Source of the DNA: Balanoglossus misakiensis | Lineage: Eukaryota > Animalia > Hemichordata | Assembly (NCBI GenBank): GCA_040954595.2 | Contig: CM082576.2 | Span: 13,519,129-13,583,128, forward strand | Direction: 5' to 3' | DNA length: 64,000 bases | In this document: positions 25,798 through 44,400 of the stretch, piece after piece | How the letters are laid out: the number at the start of each line of letters is the position of its first letter | Numbering within the stretch: the first letter of the stretch is position 1 | Program-made: the position numbers and the translations under genes | Notes under the pieces: model-generated | What the model saw: the letters and a program-made list of their open reading frames with translations, nothing else | Told to the model about the DNA's origin: nothing | The model's database searches: none

Positions 25798-28700
25798 CGC
25801 ATTTCGGTCCCTTAAGCCCATCACCATGCGATTGGTAACAAATAAATTTGTTTTCGGACATAAATGCATGTGTGCTACATTCAGTATTACTATGCCCGCA
25901 CTACTCTATGATATATGATATATATGGTGTATCCAATCAACACACATAATTTAATTACTGCGCATGCCACATTTAGAATATTGAAAATACTGCAACTGTC
26001 TAAACAACAGGCACTGACCACAAACGTAGCACACTGACAAGTGTTGGAGTGTTAGCAACAACTTTGGAAAACGTCGCTTATTGTAAATGATTAGACATTA
26101 CACTGCGTCACCACTGGTGTCGATAACTTCTCAAAACGCGTAATATCACACCCATGGGCTGACAATCCAACAAACAGTCTGCGTTGGATAATAATAGTTA
26201 GCAGGGTGTATTGTTCGCAAACTATTACGTAACAACTGTACTGAACTGAGGGTTACATGGCCCACTTTTAGAGAAATTTGTTCTTTTGGAACAAACAGTA
26301 CATTTGCTGAACACGAATTTACCATTTGCGTAATTTCCACAGATTCATAGACAGCTCATTTTCGGTTCTTGGTATAAAGAGGCCAGACAGACATTGAAAT
26401 TTAGGGAATATTGGCACCTTGCATTCTTTGTCTGCGTGGGATCATGGCGTTTGGTCAAGCAAACAGTGTACCCTCAATCCCCCTTTTAAGTGGAATTTGG
26501 TGTTTAATGGGATTGCTTTAGAAAATATTCAATAGTTCTGAAACTTTGCAATTCTATTCATTTTTGATCGAAGTTTGATATTTTAATTTAGATTAAAGGC
26601 GCAGCTATAGAAGCGTTTCGAAGTATTGGCGACGCGACTTTGATCTTTGGAAAATATCCGTGATGTTACCACGAAAACGGGGGAATCAGAACTGTCTTTC
26701 TGTGGACATAAAAACCTTTTAATTTCGGTGTTAGCTCTAGAGACATCACATTTTACGGGGCATAATATCCCCGACTCGTTTTTCAACAGAATGATTTGTA
26801 ACGTTATCTCCAGAACGTGTGTGCATTACCCGATGTATTGTGTGAGAAATAAAGGAAAATGCCAACGAATCTTCAACAAACAAAAGAATTGAAATTGGAA
26901 CGTATATTAAGCCACTTTAGACAAAACTACATTGAAGCGCGCTACAATGATATCAATGAAATATACAGGGCTCAATAGAAGTATTTCTATTCTTGAGAGA
27001 AAACTACAGAATTCCGTGGTGTTCAGTGCGCGGTAGTCGAGGTGGCAAAAGCTAGAATGGATGTGTGCACAGTAGAGTTCTTGATAGCGTGTTCAGTTGT
27101 ACAACTACACACTAGAGAATCTTAGAACTATAACAATAAAGGTGATAGAGTTATATTATACTAACTGTATATTTTTATTTTACATAATTGTTGATATTAT
27201 TTTTTATTTTTTATGATCGACGTGTTCTTTCAATGTGATTGTTAAAAAACACTATCCAACTACTACTCACCGTACGCTCAGTCCAATCTAATGTCATTGC
27301 TTGCCGTGTGAGATTCCCCATTCCCGAGAAAGGAATCAATAGTCTTCCTAATTTCATGACATTTTTCTTGCAATTTACTGGTTCACTAAGTACCTAAATG
27401 AAAGCTCTTCCCCAGATAAACCTCTCTGATTCCTTTCCAACTTTCAGCTGATTCAATTATTTTGTATCTCGATTAGTGTTTGCTTTATTTGTGTATCTAC
27501 ATGTACAGGTAACTCAGGTGTGAAGTCAATTCGATTGTAGCACGAAAAGAGAAGTTCTAATAACTCTGGCGACGGCACTTTTTTTTTCTGACGTCATCAT
27601 CAGCAGCGACAACCCCGGCGCGCGCGCGGCAGCATGCAGCGGGAGCAGTGAAAGTATGCCAGTGCAACAGCATTTAAATAGGTCAAAGGTCAAAGTGCAA
27701 ATGGCATCGAAAGCATGAAAATCATTATTTGACAATATTGTCAGCAACAGGCAGAAATAATTAAAGCCACAATATCGCAAATGCTGCCAATGCAGCATAA
27801 AGCGAAAGTAAGGATAACATAAACAAAAGCAAACTAAAATAAGCTATTAATTATAAATATTATGATTATTATAGTAGCACTGCTTCATGTAACACAGAGC
27901 ACTATCATCCAAACATGTAACTTTCAAAGTCAGTGGGGGTTGTTAGCTGTGGATTTATTCAGTAATTTCGCGTTTGCTTAATCTTAACTAAAACGTACTG
28001 CAAATGTTGATGAAAATACCAGAAATCCGCGTTCTTTGCACATCATTAATGAAACGATTTGATACAAAATGTTCACAATAAGAGACCTCTTTTGTCCGAC
28101 CAACCTTTATTTGACTCCCATTGTCTCCGAAGCAACATCTGTATGTTGCCAATGACTGGTTCCATATTAGTTCTGTTTGTTTTAATGGTGTGATATTATA
28201 TTTTTATAAGCTATGTTTTCAAACTAAAACCGACTGTTGCATTGTAAGTTGTGTAATTTTCACAATATAAGCTTATTACCAGGGCACGTCACCTATGTTA
28301 ATATTGCTTGATCGCTTTTCTTAATTGGCGCCAACACTGTACCTGTTAAATATTTGCCACGGAAAACGCGCAGTTTGGTCACATGATCCCGTTGCTTTGG
28401 CGCGCGAACGATAGATATTGTTGGCGTGTCACGTACCGTGGATCGAGTACATGTAGATTACCAGGGTGTGGTCAATAACCCTGTACAATCTAAATACGTA
28501 GATGATACCAGCTAAATTTCCATCGGGTTTGTTTAGTTGTCTCCGTTGCAACTGTGCTCAGAATATGCGCTATCTGTCTCGCGTCTGTTCGCTAGAGGAC
28601 CTTGTTTTTTTTAATGTGCTGTCTGCATGTACGGTTATATTATTTAGGGTCCCATCTAATAAAAAAAGTTAACGGTAGACCTTCCATTGTTCACAGTGTG

Positions 28701-29822
28701 TCGCTGACAACAAAGCTTCATATGGTTATGGTTTGGCTATGATATGTCGCTCTGCTTCCTGGCTGAATACAAAACAGGACAGATGATAGAGAAGTATATG
28801 GCGTTTTTGCCTTCCTGAAGAATGTCCCTTTAGGCTTTTACACTATCCATCTGAATTCACATCATCTTTCTGTGACGTCTACCTGATCAGCCAAAACGCT
28901 AGATACATATTTAAAACGTGCAAGTCCTGACGAACAACTCGTAAAATAGCGGTCCTCTTTTAAATGCAAACTATCGTATATTTTGGTTACTTTTATTGCC
29001 GAAAGCTTAAGTTCACACAAAACACCGGATACTGACTGCCCTTATTATAAATCGCCGAAAAATAATGACACTTCAAGCACAAATCGTTGGTTTCAAAAAA
29101 GACAGTTCCTGGGGGACATTGTGACTGAACTGCATGGTTGAAAGTTATTTTTGAATTACCGTCAAACAGGTTTGATAGTACATGTAATTTATTGTCTTCA
29201 AGTATTTTTGTGTTATTTTGTTCAGTAGACGTATATCATTGAGTTATTTGCTGCCGCGCCAACCAACAAGCGCTCTGCCCTCAATATGCTGCTACAATGC
29301 CTGAAATACCAAATTAAGCAATCTTTAAAAAAGGGGAAAATATTCCTGAATTAATGATCATAATTGATTCCCTTTCACTCCCTAATCCATGACAATAATA
29401 CAAAAAAATGACAAGAATATTCGGCAAGTGTGGGATCGCGACGCTTAAAAAGATACGAACACACGTTCAACATTGGTGTACAGTTGTCATGGCCGAAGCC
29501 ATCGACGCTCACGAGCTCAACGCCGGCCATCTCACTCATCCATCTCAAAGACGACAAAATAATTCCATCATGATGATCATGAACCTATCTCCTTATGGAA
29601 ATTGAGTTCGCGTAAAATCTCCATGAAAACATGTCACTCAGTTGGTTCTGCCTCTATCAGGTCACACCCGTTTTTCGACGGGTTATTAATTGCTATTTTT
29701 ACATAAGTATCTATTAATAACACCATCGCCCCAGATGTCATGTGTAGTTATCAATTGATAATTTTATCAAACGTGGTACACGCTTTGAATTGTTGCCACC
29801 CACATACTGTAGTATACAAAGA

Positions 29823-29875
29823 TGGAGAGAGTAGAGAGAGGGGGGCTGGGACATAGAGAGAGAGAGGGGTGGAGA

Positions 29876-29951
<76 letters not shown>

Positions 29952-30018
29952 CAGACAGACAGACAGACAGAGATGCCAGAGACAGACAGACAGACAGACA
30001 GACAGAGACAGATATGCC

Positions 30019-30083
<65 letters not shown>

Positions 30084-30117
30084 GATGCAGACTGAGAATG
30101 ATAGACAGACAGAGAGA
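29823..30117. repeat. Compound (GA)n/(GACA)n microsatellite
   Basis: Long GA run at about 29870-29945 followed by GACA arrays to about 30085. Confidence 0.97.
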
Positions 30118-33100
30118 TAAATTTAGAGGCAGCATGGGACAACATAAAGTTGTTAATTTGTGTGTTCTGTTTTCCGAACGGAATTGTATACTGCTAGTAT
30201 AGTATCTCTATAAAGTTTAATGTTTGTAGTTCATGGAAATACTTGGCTTCCCTTAAAGATCAATTATTGCATCTATATGTGGCAAAACGAACATGTAATT
30301 AGAAAATACATAAACTAAAATAAATCATACGTAGCATTTCAAATGATGTTGTTTTCTTTATGCAAAACATTATGGTGCCCTTTGCAACTGAAATGTCTTA
30401 CTGAGACAATTTACATACAATAAAACTATAACGGATCCATTTCTTTGAAATGATATTTGAAGTTAATTACGATTTGATTTTGCAGACGATTAACTGCCAT
30501 TGATGTTGATTTTGTTTCGTCCGCTCATTTAAAACTATCACGTGGTGTGTTGACAATTGTATGATTTCGTCAGTTGAAATTGTGAGGAAGCCAATTAATC
30601 AATCGGGGAAAATGATCAGTTCAGACTACAATAATGTGGCCAATAAAAACAACCATAAAGTTTGTGGTGAGAATTATGCACTTGTCAAGAAACGAAGTTG
30701 CAGACGACAGCCTTTATGACTCAAATATAATAATTTCACGCTGAAGTTGACAATCGGTGGGGGTCGCTCGCAATGGATGCGATCACTCATTTCTTCTAAG
30801 ATGCGGATAACCTACCTTTAAGACATCTATTGTCTTGCTTATATATTGTAGCAATGGGCGCAAGTTTTTGACATTAACATTTCTTGCCTGAGTACTGCAG
30901 TAGAAATTATACAGTTTGCGGATATATTTGAAGTTGGGAGATCGATTAATTTTGCTGATTTCAGTGGGGAATAGGGTTAACTTGTGATTTCCGAACGTGA
31001 AAGTAGCGAGTAAAATGTCTATAACAAAGTGGTTATAATTGGTCTTCCTGTGGGCTAAATTCCCCAGACCAAGGGAATATCCCAAAGTAGCCATCAAGCT
31101 GTAAACTGGACTGGTCAAGAAATGTATGGCAAAGTGGTCACCTAACTGCTGACCGGTTATTCACAAAAGTATGGCTGTCTGGCTGGCCATCAAGAAGCAT
31201 TGCTGGCTCAGAGATAAAGCAGACAAAATGCAGGGTGTGTAGAATAACTGTTAATTTATAGCACAGATAAATTGATAGATGGGACATACACCATATTGAA
31301 AACAATATCGGTATTGTGCGGGAGGTTTTTTTGGTGCACACGCGCACGTTCTATTTTTGGGCCAAGCTTTGTACCCTCGCTCGCCTTTACCTGTCTTTCG
31401 CCAATGGCGAGTTTACAATGTAAAAAATCAGAGTAATAGTGGTTGGGTGCATGGTGATATCCAAAAGTATGCATTGTTCGTAAGACAAAACAGATGCATT
31501 TCTGTCTGTTGGTGCGGAGAAACAAAAAAACAGCGATGTAACTGTTCTATAAATGTAATAAACGTGTGCGATTTTTTCCCCGTACCGGTGGTAGGAATAG
31601 CTGAGGGGGTACATATGCAGTTTTCCACGGTGACGGAAGCGGCACTTGTTTTTAGTTCTAACCGCGTGGAGTTATTCCCCCTTTTGATCCCTCTTGTATT
31701 TGATATGATTTGATTTGGAGGAAATAAACATATTAATTTCGTGCTTTGCTTTTGATCCTTAGTTGTGCGAAAATTTAGCGTTAATGTATTCGTCGCGAAC
31801 TAAGCGTTCTCGTAGAGAACCCAGTCGTGGATATTTTAATCCAACCACAGACTAGAAAGTGGGTTTTGGTATATGTTTTACGCCGGAGCCAGTTTTCGCA
31901 ATTAACGACGTGACGTCATTTTCGCCATTTGCGATGAGTCTGCCCAGGAAAAGTTGTATTTGCAAGGTCGCAAACTGTGATCTGTTTTATTTTTACCGGC
32001 CAATGCCGGCCGAGCTCTTTATTGCTGGAACAGTGTGAGTGACGTCTGCCTGCGTGCGTGCGTCCTCCGCTGCACACACTGTTTCATTTTCTTGTGATTG
32101 ATTACATCGCCGATACGCGCTCTTTGATGGGCGCGCAGAAGTAGCTGCTGTTTCTGTTTAACTGTTCATAATGGTTTGGTGGTGAATGGCCGTCACGTGT
32201 CAAAGGTGTCTGAATTACCCAAATGATTTTTTAACGCCGGCCTATTATTTGCCGCGTCAGGTCAGGCCCTGGCCAGACAATATTTTTTCTGGGTCCGAAT
32301 TCCGGATGTGCCCGGATCTGAGAGAATAGTGATCGCTATTAAATTTCTTGCACACTGGGCGACTCCCAGGGGATTGACTCCAGAGTGAGGCTTTCAGCGA
32401 TCTTTTGTCGTGGTAATGTAAACAATGCGCTATGAAAACACGATACGTTATCATTCCATTCGCTCCTCCCATCTCGTTTAAAAAACATTCACACGTAAGA
32501 GACGCTGGCAAGAGTATAACTATGTACTTGTAGTATCGTATATCATACGCTGCGCATCTCATTAGCGACTGCAATGAATAACGCTATTGTGGCCTCGATG
32601 GCCCTGGCTGGCCTTGTGCATCAAGCGTTCCCGGACATCGGGCGTTGAAAATGTCGCCCACCGATTTGGGAATATTTTCATTCGCTCGTATTGGCGTCAG
32701 TGGTTCAGATTGAGTCCATCTCGCCGCCGTTCTGCCAACTCACTAAAAGAAGGTTTGTTGTGATAATAAACAAAACTCCAATAATGGCATGTTTTACAGA
32801 AGAGGGGGGAAAGTCGCAGGAGCGTGAACGGCCAAAAATTGACAGATTAAGTGAAAAAGAAATTTCGTTTAGAATAAATAGCAGGGTGTCTAATCTAGGG
32901 TGGCGCGAAGTACAAAAGACTTCAGTGGTTTAATCAATCACACTAGAAGATGGCCCCCGTGTGGTGGTGTTTTGGAATTATACATTTCATACCCAGCTTG
33001 TTGTGGGCAATGCAATTCAGCTTTTTTCAACAACACACGCAGTGCCAGTTGCTCTTTATGTGTCCTTGTCTATTCAGGCTTATTTGTGTTAATGATATGA

Positions 33101-34956
33101 ACTTTTCAGTGTGGCCTTTCTGGCTCGGCGTCGTTTGCCATTCACCCCCATATTTAGCTACTCTAAGTGGTTTTCCCCTTCTTCTATAGGCAAGACGTTT
33201 CAATTGGGGTTGGTTTTCTGACACCCACGGCTGAATCGAATGATCCCCAGACCCCCTTTTCTTTCAATGCCCACCTCCCGCCCGTGAATTTCTTTGCAGC
33301 GCGCAAGGTCAGTAACTGGTGCCAAACTCAATACCGAGTGAGTCTCCCCCCCCCCCCCTCTTCAGCTGATTATTTTTCACTTGCACTGGTCTATTGATTG
33401 CCAACCATTCATGCCATCATTCAAGCCAGGTAATATACTAAAATTACTCAAGCCATTTAGTGCTGGAACATTCTAAGGATTAGGAAAGGAAGAAGAAAAC
33501 CATAATATGCTTGCTCGGCGAGATCTTGCTTTCTTTCACTGCCTTGCAGTATTTGTAAAGACCTTTGTATCTTTCTTGTATGTAGCCAAAGATTTAAAGC
33601 TTGGCAATAGGATCGCTGAGATCAAGTCAACGCGAGATTTTTCTTTCCAGAACAATGGCAAAGACAAAAGGGGAATTGTTTCTGCTCAACGTGCAGTCGA
33701 TTTGCCATCTTAGCCCCTTTCAGAACATGAAAAAGACTCAATTTGCTTAAATATACAGAGTTCGTCGAGTAATGAGATCTGACCCCGCTAGCTTTTTAAA
33801 GGTTGGTCTCAAGTATTTTAAATCCAAAACGAAGTCAATACATTGTCATAAGGAGAGGTATCTCCATTCTCAGTGCAGTCCGTGTTATTGATATCAATTT
33901 AAAACTGCTGGAATGCATAACAATGGCAAAAATGTATCTACGAGACGAGCGACTTTCCCCTCCCCCCCACAAAATCGGTTTGCCGCCGTCCCACCAGTCG
34001 CTCCCGACACAAGGCAAAAAAGAAACGTACGTCGCTGAGCGCGCGGTATACGCGACGAACTGTCGGCAGCGTGACAAAGAGCGGGAATGCCATGCGTGCT
34101 GGCGTAGCAGTGTAATAACACGCACACGCCTGGGCGGGCAAGCTATTTCATCTACCCCGGTATGGATGAAATATTCGTTTGTCTGTTTTGTTTGCACTCT
34201 TGCGCGTAATCCATGATAGTGACTATGAGAAAGCTTTGTATTCAATGTTTTGCCACCAACCTCACACGTCCATCCTGCTAATAATTCTCATTAACACGAT
34301 CGTTTATTATCGATCGGCAACGGCCAGTTCACTCGTCATATTTCATTGATCATTTTCCCCCAACTCTGTTTGGCATGGTCAAATCCCAGAAACACGAACA
34401 GTTGCAACTTTCACGGTGTCATTAAATTTAGGTTAAAATATGTAACTCGATTTTAGAAAAAAATGTAGAAAATTTGAGTTTGAGATTTTTGTGTGTTTAC
34501 ACGCTGTAGTGTCTTTCGTGTAAAACGCCTCACGAAACGCAAGCTTTTGAATCCATAATCAAAGATTTCGGGCGCTAAAAATTTAAGTCCAAAATGGGTA
34601 ACTGTTATTGGTAGGTAGAGTCTCACTTCCTCTAAATATACAAACAACTGTCAAGATACGCTGTCACAAACTAATTATTATGCATACCATCTGTTAAGGA
34701 CCTCTTACAAAGAGAATTTGTATGGAGAGGTAGGTAAAATGGACATTTTGATGGGTTTCATAAGGTTGCTTGTCAATAGCGAGCACTTTGTTAGAATTCG
34801 TGCCCTCCCAATGTTGAGATATTTCCACTTTTTTCCCCTTTTTTTCTCGGGGTCGACACATTGCATTCGTTCAGTGCAGTCTTTATGTCTTTACTGTGTT
34901 ATCGGAGACATTTATTCAGCCAACCCATGTGGTCAGGCTTTTGTTCGGTGGAAGCA

Positions 34957-35028
34957 TGATTGGCAGCTGTGACAGTGATTGACAGCGTCGCCTCGGTGAT
35001 AGGACAACAAATTTCCTCTAAGCCAATC
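34957..35028 (+). promoter_or_regulatory. Six3/6 proximal promoter module: tandem TALE (Pbx/Meis/Prep) sites and CCAAT box
   Basis: TGATTGGCAG (34957-34966), TGACAG (34970-34975), TGATTGACAG (34976-34985, the Pbx-Meis/Prep decamer) and AGCCAATC (35021-35028), all 200-270 nt upstream of the ATG. Confidence 0.6.
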
Positions 35029-35219
35029 GAAAGCCATTTATCTAACAAATGCCATGCACGATAGCAGTGATAATATGGGTTGTGTCACTAACTCCCTTGA
35101 TAAAAACTGACACATTGCCGAGCGCTCGACCACACCCCAGTATTTAGCGTTTAATAGTGTTGTTCTAGCGCAAGCCAAAGCAACAACAGGCATTGAGCGG
35201 TATATTCCATTCTTACTAA

Positions 35220-40107
<4,888 letters not shown>

Positions 40108-40291
40108 GCTTCAAAGTCAGCACCCACACCAACAGCAGCACTCAACGCAAAATTCAACGTCGCCCAATCCAATAACAGTCGACGGTGCCACAACACTACC
40201 AGGACAGCCGCCAAAACCACGCGCGTTGGACCCCGCGCATGCTCTCCTCGAAGCAACGCAAAACAAGCCACAGGCCCAGACGCACGTTTAA
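40108..40291 (+). CDS. Six3/6: Six3/6 coding exon 2 (C-terminal tail, through the stop codon)
   Basis: Strong acceptor (CT)n-CCATTTCAG|G at 40081-40107. A phase-2 join gives AG|G CTT CAA = R-L-Q, matching the KNRLQ junction of vertebrate SIX3/SIX6. The exon reads RLQSQHPHQQQHSTQNSTSPNPITVDGATTLPGQPPKPRALDPAHALLEATQNKPQAQTHV* (TAA 40289-40291). Total protein is 251 aa. Confidence 0.88.
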
Positions 40292-41450
40292 AAAAGACTC
40301 TGAGAAAAAAATATATAGTGAACTTTATGTCATTTTAATAATATATCCATTAAGAAAATTCTTATCAGTTGACTTCTCAAAGAGAAGATTTTATAGTTGT
40401 AGTGCCGTTGTTGCTTCACACACACAAAATGGATTTTTTGTTTTATAACGATTAAGACATCAAGCGCTGCTGGCCTTTCTCCCGATTGACTCATCAACGC
40501 ACTGGATCCGAAGTCTGCCAACTTTCCATGTCTGACCATATTTTCATGGTAGGACGGTAAATTCTGAAGACATTCGCTCAGATGCGACATTCTGTCTCTG
40601 TCACGTTGTCACACATACACACACACTAGTGATGTCCGCTGAAAGACATTCATCTAGCTTGAATACAAAAAATTGTCCCCGGACAAAAAAAGAAATCCTG
40701 GGAATTTGATATAATCCATAAAAAAATAACTCCGAGTGTTTTAAACGTAGATGGAAGAGTAGAAAGAGGAAACAGTTTGTGTATTTTAAATGTTTCGTGG
40801 GGAATGCGGGACGCAATAGAGGGTGATGCTAAGCATTGCGGTCTATGGAAAAAAAAGTAAACCCCTATGGCTGCTACTTTTTGTTAAGTTGACCATAGTA
40901 TGTATAATTCCACTTCGTTCATCATCAGAGACTAGTTTGGGTATCTAACTATCAACGCTTCCAAAATTTCCGGTGCCACGGATTTGAATCCGTTGGTTAC
41001 CTCTAGCCGGTTTTACCCCCTCACTTGTTTTTTTTGAAGTACAAGTTTTGACAAAATCGATGAGACATCCACGCTTTGTTGTTCAGACTTTTTTTAGTAT
41101 ACCTGCTCACTTACACTGTTAATGTCAACATAATATAGTACTATCAATCCTTTTCAGTTTTATTTTTTCATGAGAAAAGCGAATTTTGTTTTTGTTTTCT
41201 GTAATCGCTTGTGCCTGATTTTAGGAAGGGGCAGCATTTTGTTACTATTGTAAAAAATAAAGTAATGCCGCTAAGCTATGCTTCTTTTACACCAATCAAT
41301 TCTCTTTGGTGTTCTGTTTGTGTTCGTATATTGTCGTTTAATTTTTCATTTCAAAGTCCGCCGGCTCTCTCTCTATCTATCTCTAAGGAAATAAAAAAAC
41401 TGCCGAACATTACCGAAGTGAATAAAATATAACAAAAGTTCTTGGTTTTA
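40292..41450 (+). other. Probable Six3/6 3' UTR with polyadenylation signals
   Basis: AT-rich sequence after the stop codon. AATAAA occurs at about 41256, about 41389 and 41421-41426, and the last is followed by a GT/T-rich tract (GTTCTTGGTTTT, GTGTAGTTATTTCTTTCC). The end point is inferred. Confidence 0.5.
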
Positions 41451-44400
41451 AAAGTACTCAACGTTTGAAGTGTAGTTATTTCTTTCCTGGGTTCAACAGC
41501 GAATGTCTGTAGAACTTCGCTGACGGCTGTATCTTGCGGGGGGGTTTTTTCTGACCAGCGAAAAAAAAGTCCCCCTTTGCATGTCACCGGTCCACGGGTG
41601 TCAATCATTTGCAGGAGAAGACGAGGGAGAGAAAAAGAGGCGAACAAAAGAGGGGGGAACATTCTACAAACGTTACGAGTTTATTCGCCTATCCTGTTAT
41701 TGATAATGCCCGGTCTGAATGAGTGCGTGTATTATAAGCCCGCTCAATATAAGGTAGCCCACGTCTATGAGCCCTAAACACTACATTATCCCACCCCAAT
41801 TGTTCCCCCCTAAATGTTTGTTCTCGACTTCTCCTCCCCATAGACAGTCTTATTCACACTATTTTGTTTCGCTAACCAACTCTGGCTCCTGTACACTATT
41901 ACCATATAAAAAGCCCAGGGAAAGTAAATGAGGAGAGCCCAATTAGGAGCCCCCAGTCGTGTATAGACATTACACACAGACAATGGGTATGGTATCAGCC
42001 AGCATAGTGATTGTTAACTGCCCTATTGATGGGCCCACACATAACGACATCTTCTCAATATGTTGATCTGGGAGCCGTCTGCAGAAAAACCCCAGGAAAG
42101 ACTGACTATAGTCGAGGCGGATATTACTTCCAGCCAGTACTTTTTTGGGGGGTGTTCGTCAACTTGTCCGGAATTCGTCCGGTCAAGGCGGGATCTGTCG
42201 TGCATTTGGCCGGTTTGCAACTGCATCCCGCAGTCGTAAAGGTATAATCTCGAGTGTGTGTCGCCACGCCGCAGAGAATCGATCCAGACTTTGCAACTCG
42301 CAAATAATGAAGTTTCTTGGTGTCCGTGTCAAACAGGACACGAGCTGTCAGTAAACTGTCAAGTAAACGAGGAGAAAAGAGGGATCCAAGGGCTTATAAA
42401 CAATGGGCAATTATCCAGCCCTCCCGTATTGTCTGGCCCCGTGAAAAACATTCCCCGACCACAAGACTCGTCATTCACGACGCTTTATTTTAATATTATC
42501 ATTTAAATTCATTTTATTCAGCCAAAAAAAGCTGGGAAACCAATAATTACGCCAAGGCAATTATCACATTCCGTAAAAGAATGAGTCCAGGTCGACACCA
42601 CGGCTGCCCCCTGAACACGGACGCTTACAAATTCACTGAAAGTGTCACATTGCGGGTGATTAGGTGTATTTTGATGAGTTTTGCCAAGTAAAAAATATGC
42701 GCCGGAAAGCGCTATTCTTTTCCCCGCCACTTGAGTTTAAGAAGGATTATACGAAACCCACGTAAAAGGGGGAGAGAGGATACCGCAAAGAAAAGAAGCG
42801 AACCGTTAGATGTTGTTCGAGCGGCCCGTGTAATGACTGGCTCGGTGGCAGGCAAAGCAGCCATGTTTTACAAACACCTACACAGCTCGATCATCGGCGA
42901 TTTTTGTTCGACGACAACAAAAAGTCGGAAATCTTGCCTTCTCAGACGGGCCCAAATTAGACTGTTGAATGTCTTCGAGTTGAATCCCTTGCAAGGTATC
43001 GGCATGCCAATCAGGCCTATTCACAAGGCCGAGGAACACGTCTCCTCAAAGGTAATGGATACGTGCTATGCAATCGGGTAATCAGCCTGTAGCTCCGCCC
43101 CCTCGATTTGCAGAAACCCCGCGACGTTATTCCCGTAAACGTCGATAAACAACCCAGCTGCGAGCGCCCGAAATGTGAGCGCGTTATTGATAGAAGGCCA
43201 GGAATGCCATCTGCGGTTTCGTCGGGGCCCAGCTCGTGACTGTTTTCCGAGACAGGAAAGACAGACAGACTGTGTGCGATAGAGGAAGAAAACTGACGGA
43301 AACCCTACACCCTGTCATCTTTGTGTCCCGGCAACTCCAGTCCAGTCGCCATCTTGAATGATTTCTTCACACGCCGACCGAAGACGTCTGCCCTGTTTTT
43401 AACCACCAGAGATTTGGGTACAGGCTCGTTTCATTTGTAGTGTTGGTCAAATATCTTAGTAGTTACTGCCTGAAATCGCAGGAATGAGAGCAATTCCTAT
43501 TTATCCACGGCTGTTTATACGCCAGAAAGTCCTTGTTCAACCGTGCCAAGAATTAGGGGAAAGCCAGCTCTGGAAAAACAAACATAAACGGCTTTCACTA
43601 TTGTGCTAACGCTAAAGACTTCGTTAATTTACTGTTATTATAAGCTGAAGTAAACAAACTCAATCGACCTGCATTGAGACGCAGTCTCGTTAGGAAGAAA
43701 AAAACGCATAGAGTTGAAGGGCCTGGTGTTTGTTCATTGCGCTTAAATTGTACCTTGAATGACAGAAACGGTTGTTCGCGAGTGTGTCTGCTCCGCTCGT
43801 TCCAGACTGGCTTCCATTTAGAGACCGTGGCCCGTACGTCGGAGCCCCGCGCCGGCCGAGCCAACAGTTTCAGGGGCCCGAGGAAACCGCACCTCAAAAC
43901 ATTCGTTTTACGTTTCTCAAAATTTGCACCCTCCAAGATGTCGGCGGTACTCTCAGCCACTTATGGTGAGTCCAAAATGAGCAAGAAAGGGGGAAATTGC
44001 AAGGTACAAGCCAAGCCTACGACAATTTCGATTGTAAATTGGTAAGAGCTATTTACATTGTTATTGAACAATTACGCGTTCTCTGGGCCGCTGACAAGCC
44101 CATCGACCACATAATCAAGCACCGAGTGACATTATCGCATCTTAAAAAACAATTTTGTTCCGCTCTCATATTTCTGAAATGACTCCTTTTGGTTCATTTG
44201 TGCCCATTCGGTCACACTTTCACTGAAATAAACCAGAATTTCGTTTCAAAACACTGACCCGTTTGATCTGCGTATTTTGTGTGTGCCAGTCACCGTCGGC
44301 TAATTGGTGACAGCGTTCTCTATCAGGCGCGGCGGCCCCTCGTTGTAAAACGCCCATGTCACCAATTTCCCGTGCCTTTATGGAAATATAATTTTATCAG

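Noticed and set aside
26593-26610. TTAAAGGCGCAGCT, resembling another Kolobok-type left end (a similar one lies at about 25175)
   Set aside because: No matching inverted terminus was found nearby.
29738-30202. Several ORFs of more than 120 aa (ERERER, SLSLSL, RQTD repeats)
   Set aside because: These are translations of the GA/GACA microsatellite. The same applies to the ORFs over 3538-3819, 25627-25869 and 52251-52570.
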